From: an uncultured Blautia sp.
GTDB lineage: Bacteria; Bacillota; Clostridia; Lachnospirales; Lachnospiraceae
Direction of reading: 5' to 3'
Assembly: GCA_963927715.1 (NCBI GenBank)
Contig: CAWVBU010000002.1
Span: forward strand, 515,550 to 579,549
Length of the DNA: 64,000 nt
The notes below the pieces were generated by a model. That model worked only from the letters and a program-made list of their open reading frames with translations, ran no database searches and had not been told where the DNA came from. The translations under genes were made by a program, and so were the position numbers. This document shows, piece by piece, positions 38,827-47,987 of this stretch (the stretch's first letter is position 1; each line of letters opens with the position of its first letter).

Positions 38827-38996
38827 TTTGCAGTTCTGCTTTTGTGTTTGCGGAAGGATGGAGGACGCGGCTTTGCAGTATAACCGTATAAGTTTTGCGT
38901 ATCGTGAAGAATACAATTTATCTATTTGCCATTTTCCTGTATTTTTTTTATAATGGAGTCAGATTCAAGGAGTTTGTGACAAGGAGGCAAGAGATT

Positions 38997-40127
38997 ATGA
39001 TATACAAAGAATTTCAGGATCTGAAACTGTCCGCGCTCGGTATGGGGGCCATGCGTCTTCCGGTGATCGATGGGGATGACGCGAAGATTGATGTGCCGGT
39101 GACGGAGAAGATGGTGGCTTATGCCATGGAACATGGGATCAACTATTACGATACCGCCTGGGGTTATCACGATGGAAATTCCGAGCTGGTCATGGGACAG
39201 GCGCTGTCCAGGTATCCGCGGGAACATTTTTATCTGGCTACAAAGTTCCCTGGCTATGACCTCTCGAACATGGATAAAGTGGAAGCGATTTTCGAAAGGC
39301 AGCTGGAGAAACTGCAGGTTTCCTATTTTGATTTCTATCTGTTTCACAATGTCTGCGAGATGAACATTGACGCTTATCTGGATCCGAAATATGGAATCTA
39401 CGATTATCTGATCAAACAGAAGGAGAACGGACGGATCCGTCATCTGGGATTCTCTGCCCATGGAAGCTATGAGGTGATCAAACGTTTTCTGGAAGCTTAC
39501 GGAGAAAAGATGGAGTTCTGTCAGCTGCAGCTGAATTATGTGGACTGGACCTTCCAGGACGCCAGGAAGAAAATAGAACTTCTGAATTCCTATCAGATTC
39601 CGGTTTGGGTGATGGAACCGCTGCGCGGCGGACGTCTCGCGAAACTGTCCCCGGATGCGGAGGCAAAATTGACGGCTCTTCGTCCGGATGAAAAAATTCC
39701 GGCCTGGGCATTCCGATTTCTGCAGTCCATTCCGGAAGTGACCATGGTGCTTTCCGGTATGTCGAATGAGGAACAGATGAAGGAGAATATTCAGACTTAT
39801 GAGACGGAAAAACCTCTGAACCAGGAAGAGATGGATACCCTTCTGTCTGTAGCGGACGGTATGCTCAACGGTGTTTTGCCTTGTACAGCCTGCCACTACT
39901 GTGTCAGCCATTGCCCGCAGGAACTGGATATCCCCATGCTGTTGGAACTGTATAATGAGCATAAATTTACAGGGGGCGGTTTTATCGCTCCGATGGCATT
40001 GTCCGCGATTCCCAAGGAGAAACATCCGGATGCCTGTGTGGGATGCAGAAGCTGTGAGGAGGTCTGTCCGCAGCAGATTAAGATTTCCGAGGCGATGGCA
40101 GATTTTGCAAAGAAGCTGAAAGGCTGA
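38997..40127 (+). CDS. Aldo/keto reductase with C-terminal 4Fe-4S dicluster
   Basis: LGMGAMRLP, INYYDTAWGYH, LATKFP, GRIRHLGFSAH, VMEPLRGG; CTACHYCVSHCP and CVGCRSCEEVCP. Confidence 0.93.
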   Translation: MIYKEFQDLKLSALGMGAMRLPVIDGDDAKIDVPVTEKMVAYAMEHGINYYDTAWGYHDGNSELVMGQALSRYPREHFYLATKFPGYDLSNMDKVEAIFERQLEKLQVSYFDFYLFHNVCEMNIDAYLDPKYGIYDYLIKQKENGRIRHLGFSAHGSYEVIKRFLEAYGEKMEFCQLQLNYVDWTFQDARKKIELLNSYQIPVWVMEPLRGGRLAKLSPDAEAKLTALRPDEKIPAWAFRFLQSIPEVTMVLSGMSNEEQMKENIQTYETEKPLNQEEMDTLLSVADGMLNGVLPCTACHYCVSHCPQELDIPMLLELYNEHKFTGGGFIAPMALSAIPKEKHPDACVGCRSCEEVCPQQIKISEAMADFAKKLKG

Positions 40128-40134
40128 GATTCAA

Positions 40135-40887
40135 ATGAACACATTTAGACTGAAGATGATCGCCCTGATTCTCATGGTCATCGACCACATCGGCCTGTAT
40201 TTTGACTGGGCGCCCGGATGGTTCCGGTGGCTGGGCAGAGGCTCCTATCCGCTGTTTCTCTTTTGTATGATCTGGGGATATCACTACACCAGGAACCGTA
40301 TCCGGTATCTGCTCCGGCTGTATCTGATGGGTGTGTTCATGGGAGTTTTCTGCTATTATCTGAATACTTACATGGAGCCGGTGGGAGGCTACGGCAATCA
40401 CAATATTTTTGTCTCCCTGTTTCTGGTGGGCGTTCTGATCAGCGCCATAGAGACACTGGAACAGGATACACGCCGGGGAATCTGGATACTGGCCGGAATT
40501 TTCGCAGTGCAGTTCCTCTATTATCTGCTTTCTTCGTTTCTCCCCTTCTGGCGCCAGCTGGACGGAGATGTGCGCACGGCGTTCCTGCCGAACCTGGCGG
40601 TCAATGAGTATGGATTTACCTTTGTGGCCCTGGGGGTTGTTTTGTATTTTCTGCGGGAGAACAGGGAGAAGTTCTGCGCCGCGTATCTGCTTTTTTGCAT
40701 CTATCAGTTCAGTCTGGAAATGCTCTCCCTGGGAAGCTGCACGCAGAGTCTCATGGTGATCGCATTGCCGCTGATGCTGGCTTACAACCATGAAAAAGGA
40801 CCGGGAATGAAATATTTCTTCTATCTTTTCTATCCGGCCCATACCTTTCTTTTGTTCTGGCTGTCCGGACATTTTTCCGGATTTTAG
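40135..40887 (+). CDS. TraX family membrane protein
   Basis: LKMIALILMVIDHIG, WLGRGSYPLF, Y..RL, MKYFFYLFYPAH. Confidence 0.85.
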   Translation: MNTFRLKMIALILMVIDHIGLYFDWAPGWFRWLGRGSYPLFLFCMIWGYHYTRNRIRYLLRLYLMGVFMGVFCYYLNTYMEPVGGYGNHNIFVSLFLVGVLISAIETLEQDTRRGIWILAGIFAVQFLYYLLSSFLPFWRQLDGDVRTAFLPNLAVNEYGFTFVALGVVLYFLRENREKFCAAYLLFCIYQFSLEMLSLGSCTQSLMVIALPLMLAYNHEKGPGMKYFFYLFYPAHTFLLFWLSGHFSGF

Positions 40888-40895
40888 AAATTAAG

Positions 40896-40945
40896 AAAAG
40901 AGCCATTGCCCTGCGGAGGGATCCTCCGGGAGCAATGGCTTTTTT
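40896..40945. terminator. Bidirectional terminator
   Basis: AAAAGAGCCATTGC...GCAATGGCTTTTTT between convergent genes. Confidence 0.8.
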
Positions 40946-40973
40946 GGAAAAGGGAAACGTCTGCGGTCGGCTT

Positions 40974-41735
40974 TTAGAGATAAAGTTCACATTCTTTCCG
41001 GTCGGCACAGACTTTCTGCAGTTTCGCTCCGATCATGGCCAGCATTTCCTCCGGAACTTTTCGTGCGGCGTTGGGGCAGACCACCGTACAGCGCATGCAG
41101 GAGATACAGACAGATTCGTCCACGCTTCGAACATCCCCGGGGGAGATGGCTCCCGTCGGACATTTCTTCGCGCAGAGACCGCAGGACACACAGGCATCGG
41201 TGGCTTTCGGGATCATTTGGATCACACCCAGTTTTTTATAAGGGCGGTTTCCGGGAATGGAAGGCTCTCCGATGGAACCGCTGTCCAGTTTCCCGCGGAT
41301 CTGACCGGCAAATTCTGCCAGCTGTTCTGCGTCCCGGGAATCCGGTCTTCCGGCTGCGTACTGATGAGCGATGGAGTGTTCCGCAATGGCAGCAACGGCT
41401 GCGAGGATGGTGAAGCCGGCTTTGCGGGCCACATCTTCCATTTCCGCCAGGGTATCCTCGTAGGCACGGTTCCCATAGACACAGAGAAGGATCGCTTTCG
41501 CGCCGTTTCCCCGGATTTGGGAAAGACGTCCGGCCGCGGCCGCGGGCATGCGGCCGCCGTAAGAAGGAACGGCGATGACTGCGGCCGCTTCCGGTTCCAG
41601 GCAGATGGTCTCGAAATTCATGTTCTGGTCGGTCAGATCAATCTCGGCGGGTTCGCCGCACAGGTTTTGGGACAGCAGGGCGGCGGCTTTTTTGGTGCCC
41701 CCGGTGGGGCTGAAGGTGATTTCATAGAGTTTCAT
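40974..41735 (-). CDS. Flavodoxin-like + 4Fe-4S dicluster protein (EFR1 family)
   Basis: FSPTGGTKK, VPSYGGRMP, VYGNRAYEDTL; CVSCGLCAKKCP, CISCMRCTVVCP. Confidence 0.88.
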   Translation of the reverse strand: MKLYEITFSPTGGTKKAAALLSQNLCGEPAEIDLTDQNMNFETICLEPEAAAVIAVPSYGGRMPAAAAGRLSQIRGNGAKAILLCVYGNRAYEDTLAEMEDVARKAGFTILAAVAAIAEHSIAHQYAAGRPDSRDAEQLAEFAGQIRGKLDSGSIGEPSIPGNRPYKKLGVIQMIPKATDACVSCGLCAKKCPTGAISPGDVRSVDESVCISCMRCTVVCPNAARKVPEEMLAMIGAKLQKVCADRKECELYL

Positions 41736-41753
41736 GGATATCCTCCTTTTCTC

Positions 41754-42779
41754 TCACAGGGTTTCTCTTAAAATTTCCAGATCTTCCTCCGTGGTGGACC
41801 AGCTGGTCACCAGCCGGATCACCGTATGGGAGCGGTCATATTTTTCCCAGAAACTGAAGGCCAGTTTTTCCCGCAGAGGTTTCAGTTTCGAATCTTCCAG
41901 AATTACGAACTGCTGATTGGTGGGGGATTCCAGATAGAAGCGTACGCCTTTTTCCCGGAGGATGGTTTTCATCTTCTCCGCCATCTCAATGGCGTGGCGG
42001 CTGATCTCAAAATAGAGATTGTCCGTAAAAAGCGTATCGAACTGAATGCCCAGAAGCCGGCCTTTTGCCAGGAGCGCTCCCCGCTTTTTGATCCGGTTGG
42101 CGAAATGTTCCGGACGGTTTCCCTTCGTGAAAACCACAGCTTCGCCGCACAGGGCCCCCACTTTGGTGCCTCCGATGTAGAAGACGTCGCACAGGCGGGC
42201 GATGTCCGGCAGGGTCAGATCACTCTGGCGGCTCATCAGTCCATAGCCCAGGCGGGCGCCGTCCAGAAACAGAGGGATCCGGTAGTTTCGGCAGATCCGG
42301 GATATGGCGGTCAGCTCCTCTTTGGAGTACAGCGTTCCGTATTCGGTGGGATGAGACAGGTAGACCATGCCGGGATAGACCATGTGCTCGTGGGTTTCAT
42401 CGCCGTAGAAGGTCTGCAGGAAGTTTTCCAGGGTTTCCGGCTGGATTTTTCCTTCTGTCTGGTCCAGTTCCAGAACCTTATGTCCGGTGTATTCCACAGA
42501 ACCGGCCTCGTGCACGCTGATGTGTCCGGTTTTTGCCGCGATCACGCCCTCATATTCCCGCAGCAGGGTGGAGATCACGGTGGCATTTGCCTGAGTGCCG
42601 CCCACCAGAAATTCCACCTGGGCGTTTTCACAGGCGCAGGCGGCGCGGATTTTTTCTCTCGCGCTCTGGCAGTAGGGATCGGTTCCGTAGCCGGAGAGAG
42701 GCTCCAGATTGGTGGCAAGTAATGTTTCCAGGATTTTCGGGTGTGCCCCGGCTGTATAGTCATTTTCAAACGATATCAT
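41754..42779 (-). CDS. ltaE: Low-specificity L-threonine aldolase
   Basis: SFENDY, GYGTD, GGTQAN, GHISVHEAG, PTEYGTLYS, LDGARL, IGGTKVG. Confidence 0.9.
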   Translation of the reverse strand: MISFENDYTAGAHPKILETLLATNLEPLSGYGTDPYCQSAREKIRAACACENAQVEFLVGGTQANATVISTLLREYEGVIAAKTGHISVHEAGSVEYTGHKVLELDQTEGKIQPETLENFLQTFYGDETHEHMVYPGMVYLSHPTEYGTLYSKEELTAISRICRNYRIPLFLDGARLGYGLMSRQSDLTLPDIARLCDVFYIGGTKVGALCGEAVVFTKGNRPEHFANRIKKRGALLAKGRLLGIQFDTLFTDNLYFEISRHAIEMAEKMKTILREKGVRFYLESPTNQQFVILEDSKLKPLREKLAFSFWEKYDRSHTVIRLVTSWSTTEEDLEILRETL

Positions 42780-42909
42780 ACGGTTGTCTCCTTTATCTTC
42801 AATGTTCTTTCTTTATTATAAAAAGCCGCCGGCGAAAAATCAATGGAGCTTTCCAAAAGTCTGGGAAGATTGCTTTTAAAAGTCTGAAAGTTCCCCTTCC
42901 GATCGCGGA

Positions 42910-42938
42910 TTGACAAGAAAAAAGATCCATGTTATGTT
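42910..42938 (+). promoter_or_regulatory. sigmaA-type promoter
   Basis: TTGACA-17 nt-TATGTT with extended TG. Confidence 0.55.
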
Positions 42939-43054
42939 CAATGACAGGAAGGAAACCTGGAAGAGAAGAAACGGGTGAGAAAGTCACGGATGTTCTTCTT
43001 GAAAAAGGTTAAGATAAGAAAACAAAAGAAAAAGACAGGAAGGTGGTTGAATTT

Positions 43055-44749
43055 ATGAAAGTAGTGATTGTAGGAGGCGTGGCAGGAGGCGCCACCGCGG
43101 CGGCCAGAATCCGCAGACTGGACGAGAGTGCGCAGATTGTGGTGTTTGAGCGTTCCGGGTATATCTCTTACGCCAATTGCGGTCTGCCTTATTATATCGG
43201 GGGCGTGATTACCGATCCCGCGCAGCTGACCCTCCAGACGCCAGAGAGCTTTCGGCGCCGTTTCCGGGTGGAGATGAAGGTGCATCATGAGGTGACGGCG
43301 GTACACCCGCAGGAGAAGACGGTCACCGTCCGCAATCTGGAAACGGGGGAGGAGTTTGACGAAAGTTATGACAAGCTGCTGCTTGCGCCGGGGGCGAAAC
43401 CGACGCAGCCGGAAGTACCGGGGATCGGGGTGGACCGGCTGTTTACCCTGCGCACGGTGGAAGACACTTTTCAGATTTACGAGTTTGTGAAACAGAAACA
43501 GCCGAAATCGGTGGTGCTGGCCGGCGGCGGTTTCATCGGACTGGAACTGGCGGAAAATCTTCATGAACTTGGGCTGCAGGTGACCATCGTCCAGAGACCG
43601 AAGCAGCTGATGCGTCCCCTGGATCCGGAGATGGCAGCGTTCATCCACGCAAAGATGCGAAGCAAGGGGATCCGGCTGATGCTGGGCCGCGAGGTGGAAG
43701 GCTTCCAGAAGGAAGGCGAAGGCGTACAGGTTCTGCTCAAAGAGGGAGAACCTCTGACGGCGGATATGGTGGTGCTGGCCATCGGCGTGACTCCGGACAC
43801 CGTCCTTGCCAGAGAGGCGGGACTGGAACTGGGAATGAAGGGAAGCATTGTGGTCAACGACCGGATGGAGACTTCCAGTCCGGACATTTATGCGGTGGGA
43901 GATGCCATTCAGGTGAAGCATGCGGTCACCGGGAGCGACACGGTAATCTCTCTGGCGGGACCGGCGAATAAACAGGGCAGAATCGCGGCGGATAATATCT
44001 GCGGCAGAGACAGCCGCTATCAGGGATCTCAGGGATCTTCCGTGGTGAAATTGTTCGATATGACCATCGCCAGCACGGGAATCAACGAGCAGACCGCCAT
44101 CCGGGAAGGAATTGCCTGTGAGAAACTTTATCTGTCTCCCATGAACCATGCCGGCTATTATCCGGGAGGAAAGATTCTGTCGATGAAGATTCTGTACGAG
44201 AAAGAATCCGGGCGTCTTCTGGGAGCGCAGATTGTGGGACAGGAAGGCGTGGACAAGCGGATCGATGTCCTGGCGACAGCCATTCACTGCCGGATGAAGG
44301 CGGTGGATCTGAAAGATCTGGATCTGGCCTATGCGCCGCCGTATTCCTCCGCGAAGGATCCGGTGAATATGGCCGGATTTATGGCGGATAACCTGGCCCA
44401 GGGTGTCTGCCGCCAGTTTTTCCTGGAAGATCTGCAGGATCTGCCCAGGGACGGCAGCGTGACGCTGCTGGATACCCGCACGCCGGGAGAGTACCAGAGA
44501 GGCCATGCGGAGGATTTCATCAATCTTCCTCTGGATGAGCTCCGTGACCGGATGGAGGAACTGGATCCGTCGAAACCGGTCTATGTGATGTGTCAGAGCG
44601 GTCTGCGCAGTTATATCGCCTGCCGGATTCTGTCTCAGCATGGATTTGTCTGCTATAATTTCTCCGGCGGATACCGCCTCTATGAAACCGCGCATCTGGA
44701 TCATCTGGCTGCTGCGGAAGAGTATCCCTGCGGAATGGACCGCAAATAA
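43055..44749 (+). CDS. CoA-disulfide reductase-rhodanese fusion (FAD-dependent pyridine nucleotide-disulfide oxidoreductase)
   Basis: IVGGVAGG, SYANCGLPYY, GGGFIGLE, YAVGD, YAPPYSSAKDPVN; rhodanese LDTRTPGEY..H..VMCQSGLRS. Confidence 0.92.
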   Translation: MKVVIVGGVAGGATAAARIRRLDESAQIVVFERSGYISYANCGLPYYIGGVITDPAQLTLQTPESFRRRFRVEMKVHHEVTAVHPQEKTVTVRNLETGEEFDESYDKLLLAPGAKPTQPEVPGIGVDRLFTLRTVEDTFQIYEFVKQKQPKSVVLAGGGFIGLELAENLHELGLQVTIVQRPKQLMRPLDPEMAAFIHAKMRSKGIRLMLGREVEGFQKEGEGVQVLLKEGEPLTADMVVLAIGVTPDTVLAREAGLELGMKGSIVVNDRMETSSPDIYAVGDAIQVKHAVTGSDTVISLAGPANKQGRIAADNICGRDSRYQGSQGSSVVKLFDMTIASTGINEQTAIREGIACEKLYLSPMNHAGYYPGGKILSMKILYEKESGRLLGAQIVGQEGVDKRIDVLATAIHCRMKAVDLKDLDLAYAPPYSSAKDPVNMAGFMADNLAQGVCRQFFLEDLQDLPRDGSVTLLDTRTPGEYQRGHAEDFINLPLDELRDRMEELDPSKPVYVMCQSGLRSYIACRILSQHGFVCYNFSGGYRLYETAHLDHLAAAEEYPCGMDRK

Positions 44750-44785
44750 GAACAGAAAACAGGATTCCCCGCCCAGGGTGCTTTT

Positions 44786-45196
44786 TCAGAAGAGATCGCA
44801 GTCCAGGGCGGTGATATCGTCTATGGGGATGGAAGAGCCGTCCCCGGTAATCAGAACCCGTTCAAAAGAGAGAACTTTCTGGATCACACAGGTCCTGGTC
44901 ACGTAACGGCCGCCGGATTTCCTTTCATCCGGGACGAAGTACGTGACCAGGACCTGCGGCTGTCCGGAGAGATTTTCCATCAGAACGGCCAGCTTCCAGT
45001 CCAGTTCTTCTTTCTCGTATTCATCCAGCTCCTGCCTGGGAGAGGTCTGCCGCTGGGTCTCCCGCACTGCGTCCCCATATCCGGTCAGCGCGGCGAAGGG
45101 CGAGAACTGTGCCGCCCGGTCGTGTCTGGACATGGGAGGATGGGTTCTGGAGACAGGGCGGGGGAGATGGATGATATCGTCATAAGAGTCGTTCAT
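44786..45196 (-). CDS. YolD-like protein
   Basis: MNDSYDDIIHLP..HPPMSRHDRAAQFSPFAALTGY; ATGA overlap with reconstructed umuC stop; the supplied ORF's extra 62 N-terminal residues are umuC sequence out of frame. Confidence 0.85.
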   Translation of the reverse strand: MNDSYDDIIHLPRPVSRTHPPMSRHDRAAQFSPFAALTGYGDAVRETQRQTSPRQELDEYEKEELDWKLAVLMENLSGQPQVLVTYFVPDERKSGGRYVTRTCVIQKVLSFERVLITGDGSSIPIDDITALDCDLF

Positions 45197-46716
45197 GCTT
45201 TGTGACCTCCGATCTTGTTGTTCCGGTCCTGGGCTGTGGCGCCCTCCTGCAGGTTCATGCCTTTTAAGATGGCATTTTTGCCGAATTTCTTTTTGATTTC
45301 CAGCATGGTCTCCTGGAGCTTCCGTTCCGTTTCTGAAGCTCCTGTTCTTTCTGTTCTTTTTCAGAAGCGCCTGGTAGTCCACTAGATCGCGTGTTTGTTC
45401 GTAGGTACGCTCCTGGCTTTTCTGCGCGGATTCCTCCGTCAGGCGGGTGGCCGTGAGATTGATTCGCCGGATCCAAAGATCCCCGGCGATGATGGAGTCG
45501 TACAGCTGCAGCGTGGCCTTTACAATCTCCTCTGAGGAGGAAGTCTGGCGGGGAGATTCGCCGTGCCGTGGGCGTGCCGGGGAATGGTCCGCCCGTATCG
45601 GTCGGTGGCAAGAGCGTTCTGGTATTTCCTGCGAAGGACCGGATCGGCAAGATTTTCGATGTCATAACCGACGGTGAGAACCACCTGGCTGGTAACCAGT
45701 CTTTTTTCCACCAGGTCCAGAGCCAGCAGATCCGCCATTTCCTGGACGACCAGACGGGATTTTTCACTGGAATAGGGGCAGGGCAGCACCTGTCCGGAAC
45801 CGAGGCTGGTGGATTTCGGCCGATAGGCTTTGATGTCAGCGATGGTGCAGGGCTCCCATCCCCAGGCATGGTCGATGAGAAGTTCGGCATTGACGCCGAA
45901 GAGCCGGTAGAGAAGTTCTTCGTTATAGTAATCGCCGGGAGCGCCCAGAGAACAGCGGGCGATGTCTCCCATGGTGAAAATCTCATACCGGGCCAGCTTG
46001 TCCGCGTAGCCTCTGCCCACCCGCCAGAAATCTGTGAGCGGGCGGTGAGACCACAGGGTCTGCCGGTAGGTCTGCTCGTCCAGCTGCGCGATCCGCACGC
46101 CGTCGGCGTCCGGAGGGACGTGCTTGGCGCCGATGTCCAGAGCTGCTTTGCACAGGAAGAGGTTGGTGCCGATTCCCGCGGTGGCAGTGATTCCGGTGGA
46201 AGCCAGGACATCCTGAATGATGGTTTTCGCCAGTTCCCGGGCGGACATCCGGTATGTGTTCAGGTAGGACGTGACGTCCATGAATACCTCATCGATGGAG
46301 TAGACGTGGATGTCCTCCGGGGCGATGTATTTCAGATAGACCTGATAGATCCTTGTGCTCCATTCCATGTAATGAGCCATTTGCGGCGGGGCGATGAAAA
46401 TATCCGCGCCCAGGGAGGGATTGTCCGAGAGCTCTGTGCTGTCGATGGAAGTGCCGGTGAGTCTGCGGCCCGGCGCTTTTTCCTGCCGCTGATGGTTGAT
46501 CTCTTTTAACTTTTCCAGGACCTGAAACAAGCGCGCCCTGCCGGGAATGCCGAAGGATTTCAGGGAAGGGGAGACAGCCAGGCAGATGGTTTTCTCTGTA
46601 CGGCTGGCGTCCGCGACCACCAGATGGGTGGTCATGGGGTTGAATCCCCGCTCCACGCATTCCACAGAGGCGTAGAAAGATTTCAGGTCGATGGCAAGGT
46701 ATTGTCTGTTCTTCAT
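45193..46716 (-). pseudogene. Y-family DNA polymerase (UmuC/ImpB/DinB-like) with three apparent 1-bp deletions in the 3' part (pseudogene or consensus error)
   Basis: IDLKSFYASVEC, YSIDEVFMD, GIGTNLFLCK, WRVGRG; the C-terminus TSSSEEI..RRINL..ERKLQETMLEIKKKFGKNAILKGMNLQEGAT..GGHKA is recovered only by three frame changes. Confidence 0.85.
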
Positions 46717-46759
46717 AGGAACTCCTGTGTCTGCAGATGGTTTCGGTTGTTCTCTTTTC

Positions 46760-46788
46760 AGTATATCCCGGATCCGAAAAAATGGCAA
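46760..46788 (-). promoter_or_regulatory. Promoter of umuC-yolD
   Basis: TTGCCA-17 nt-TATACT on the minus strand. Confidence 0.55.
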
Positions 46789-46795
46789 GGAAAAT

Positions 46796-46809
46796 CGAAC
46801 ATATTTTCG
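46796..46809. promoter_or_regulatory. LexA (Firmicutes SOS) box
   Basis: CGAACATATTTTCG, a close match to the GAAC-N4-GTTC Firmicutes consensus, upstream of a Y-family polymerase. Confidence 0.6.
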
Positions 46810-46852
46810 ACTGTCAAAATCAGGAAAGAATTCGCAAAAGACAGGAAAGATG

Positions 46853-46881
46853 TTGACAAATGAAACCGAGTATGTTAAATT
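46853..46881 (+). promoter_or_regulatory. sigmaA promoter of riboswitch-FNT unit
   Basis: TTGACA-17 nt-TAAATT with extended TG. Confidence 0.6.
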
Positions 46882-46899
46882 AATATCAGAATTTAAGAA

Positions 46900-46977
46900 C
46901 GGTACCAATTACTGACGGGATAGTGTGGAGCGTACCACAGGGGAATTGATACTGTATGAAAGCCGACCGTCTGGGCA
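46900..46977 (+). ncRNA. ZMP/ZTP (pfl) riboswitch aptamer
   Basis: P1 GTACCAATT/AATTGATAC, ACTGACGG, P2 GTGG..CCAC-AGGGGA, 3' hairpin GCCGACCGTCTGGGC. Confidence 0.9.
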
Positions 46978-47010
46978 GCATTTGGACCTTTTCCAGTGCT
47001 GTCCTTTTTT
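46973..47010 (+). terminator. Riboswitch expression-platform terminator
   Basis: GGGCAGCA-TTTGGA...TCCA-GTGCTGTCC-TTTTTT, overlapping the aptamer 3' end. Confidence 0.8.
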
Positions 47011-47070
47011 CATGGAATCTTTAACAGGAAAAAAAGACGGGAAGAAACAAATCACAAGGAGGAGATAGGT

Positions 47071-47841
47071 ATGTTTAAGGATGAGTTTCAGGCAGTCTGT
47101 AACGCGGGAGAGGGAAAAGTTAACTTGATGAAGAAGAATCCGCTGGGATACTTCGTATCTGCGCTGGTAGCCGGTATGTTTATTTCATTCGGCAGTTTCG
47201 TGGCGTTTACACTGGGACAGGTGATTTCCGCGGGGGACGCGGCGTCCTGGACGAAGCCCACGCAGGCGTTTGCTTTCGCGGCTGCTCTGAGTCTGGTGGT
47301 TATGGCCGGCGCTGAGCTGTTCACCGGAAACAACTTCGTAATGGCGGCAGCGTCTCTGCGCAAGAAAGTTTCCTGGGGAGATACCGTGAAACTGTGGATC
47401 TTCTGCTGGATCGGCAACCTGATCGGGTCTCTGCTTTTCGTAGGCATCTTCCAGCTGGCCGGAATTCCCACAGCGGGAGAAGGAGAGGTCGCTGCTTATT
47501 TCACCCAGATTTCTGCCGGAAAGGTTGGTTACGCGCCCCTGCCGCTGCTGGCGAGAGCGATCCTTTGTAACATTCTGGTATGTCTGGCTGTATGGTGCGG
47601 AACCAAGCTGAAAAGCGAGTCCGGAAAACTGATCATGATTTTCTGGTGTATCTTCGTCTTCATGGTATGCGGATTTGAGCATAGCATCGCGAACATGAGC
47701 ATCGAAGGCGTTGCCCTGGTAAACGGCGGCATCAGCATCGGACAGTACTGCTACAGCGTGTTGCTGGCCAGCGTGGGAAATATGATCGGCGCCATTGTGT
47801 TTGTGACACTTCCGTATCATCTGATTTCTCAGGACAAATAA
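47071..47841 (+). CDS. Formate/nitrite transporter (FNT) family protein
   Basis: GAELFTGN, WIGNLIG, ILCNILVCLAVW, GFEHSIANM, GNMIGA. Confidence 0.93.
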   Translation: MFKDEFQAVCNAGEGKVNLMKKNPLGYFVSALVAGMFISFGSFVAFTLGQVISAGDAASWTKPTQAFAFAAALSLVVMAGAELFTGNNFVMAAASLRKKVSWGDTVKLWIFCWIGNLIGSLLFVGIFQLAGIPTAGEGEVAAYFTQISAGKVGYAPLPLLARAILCNILVCLAVWCGTKLKSESGKLIMIFWCIFVFMVCGFEHSIANMSIEGVALVNGGISIGQYCYSVLLASVGNMIGAIVFVTLPYHLISQDK

Positions 47842-47863
47842 ATAAAAATGATTTCACGGAAGG

Positions 47864-47901
47864 AACCTTCCCATCTTTTTTGGAGATGGGGAGGTTTTTT
47901 T
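47864..47901 (+). terminator. FNT terminator
   Basis: AACCTTCCCATC...GATGGGAGGTT-TTTTTT. Confidence 0.8.
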
Positions 47902-47987
47902 CTTAAATGTATTTAAACATTTCTTTTCCGGGTCTATAATGAGAGGAGAAAGAGAATTTTCGATCGAAGGATCGTTTACTGGGGGTT

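Noticed and set aside
40135-40887. TraX as evidence of a conjugative element
   Set aside because: No relaxase, T4SS, integrase or att sites nearby; stand-alone TraX-family genes are common in Clostridia
45197-45382. 62-aa N-terminal extension of the YolD ORF in the supplied track
   Set aside because: It is the umuC 3' end read out of frame; the true start is ATG 45196
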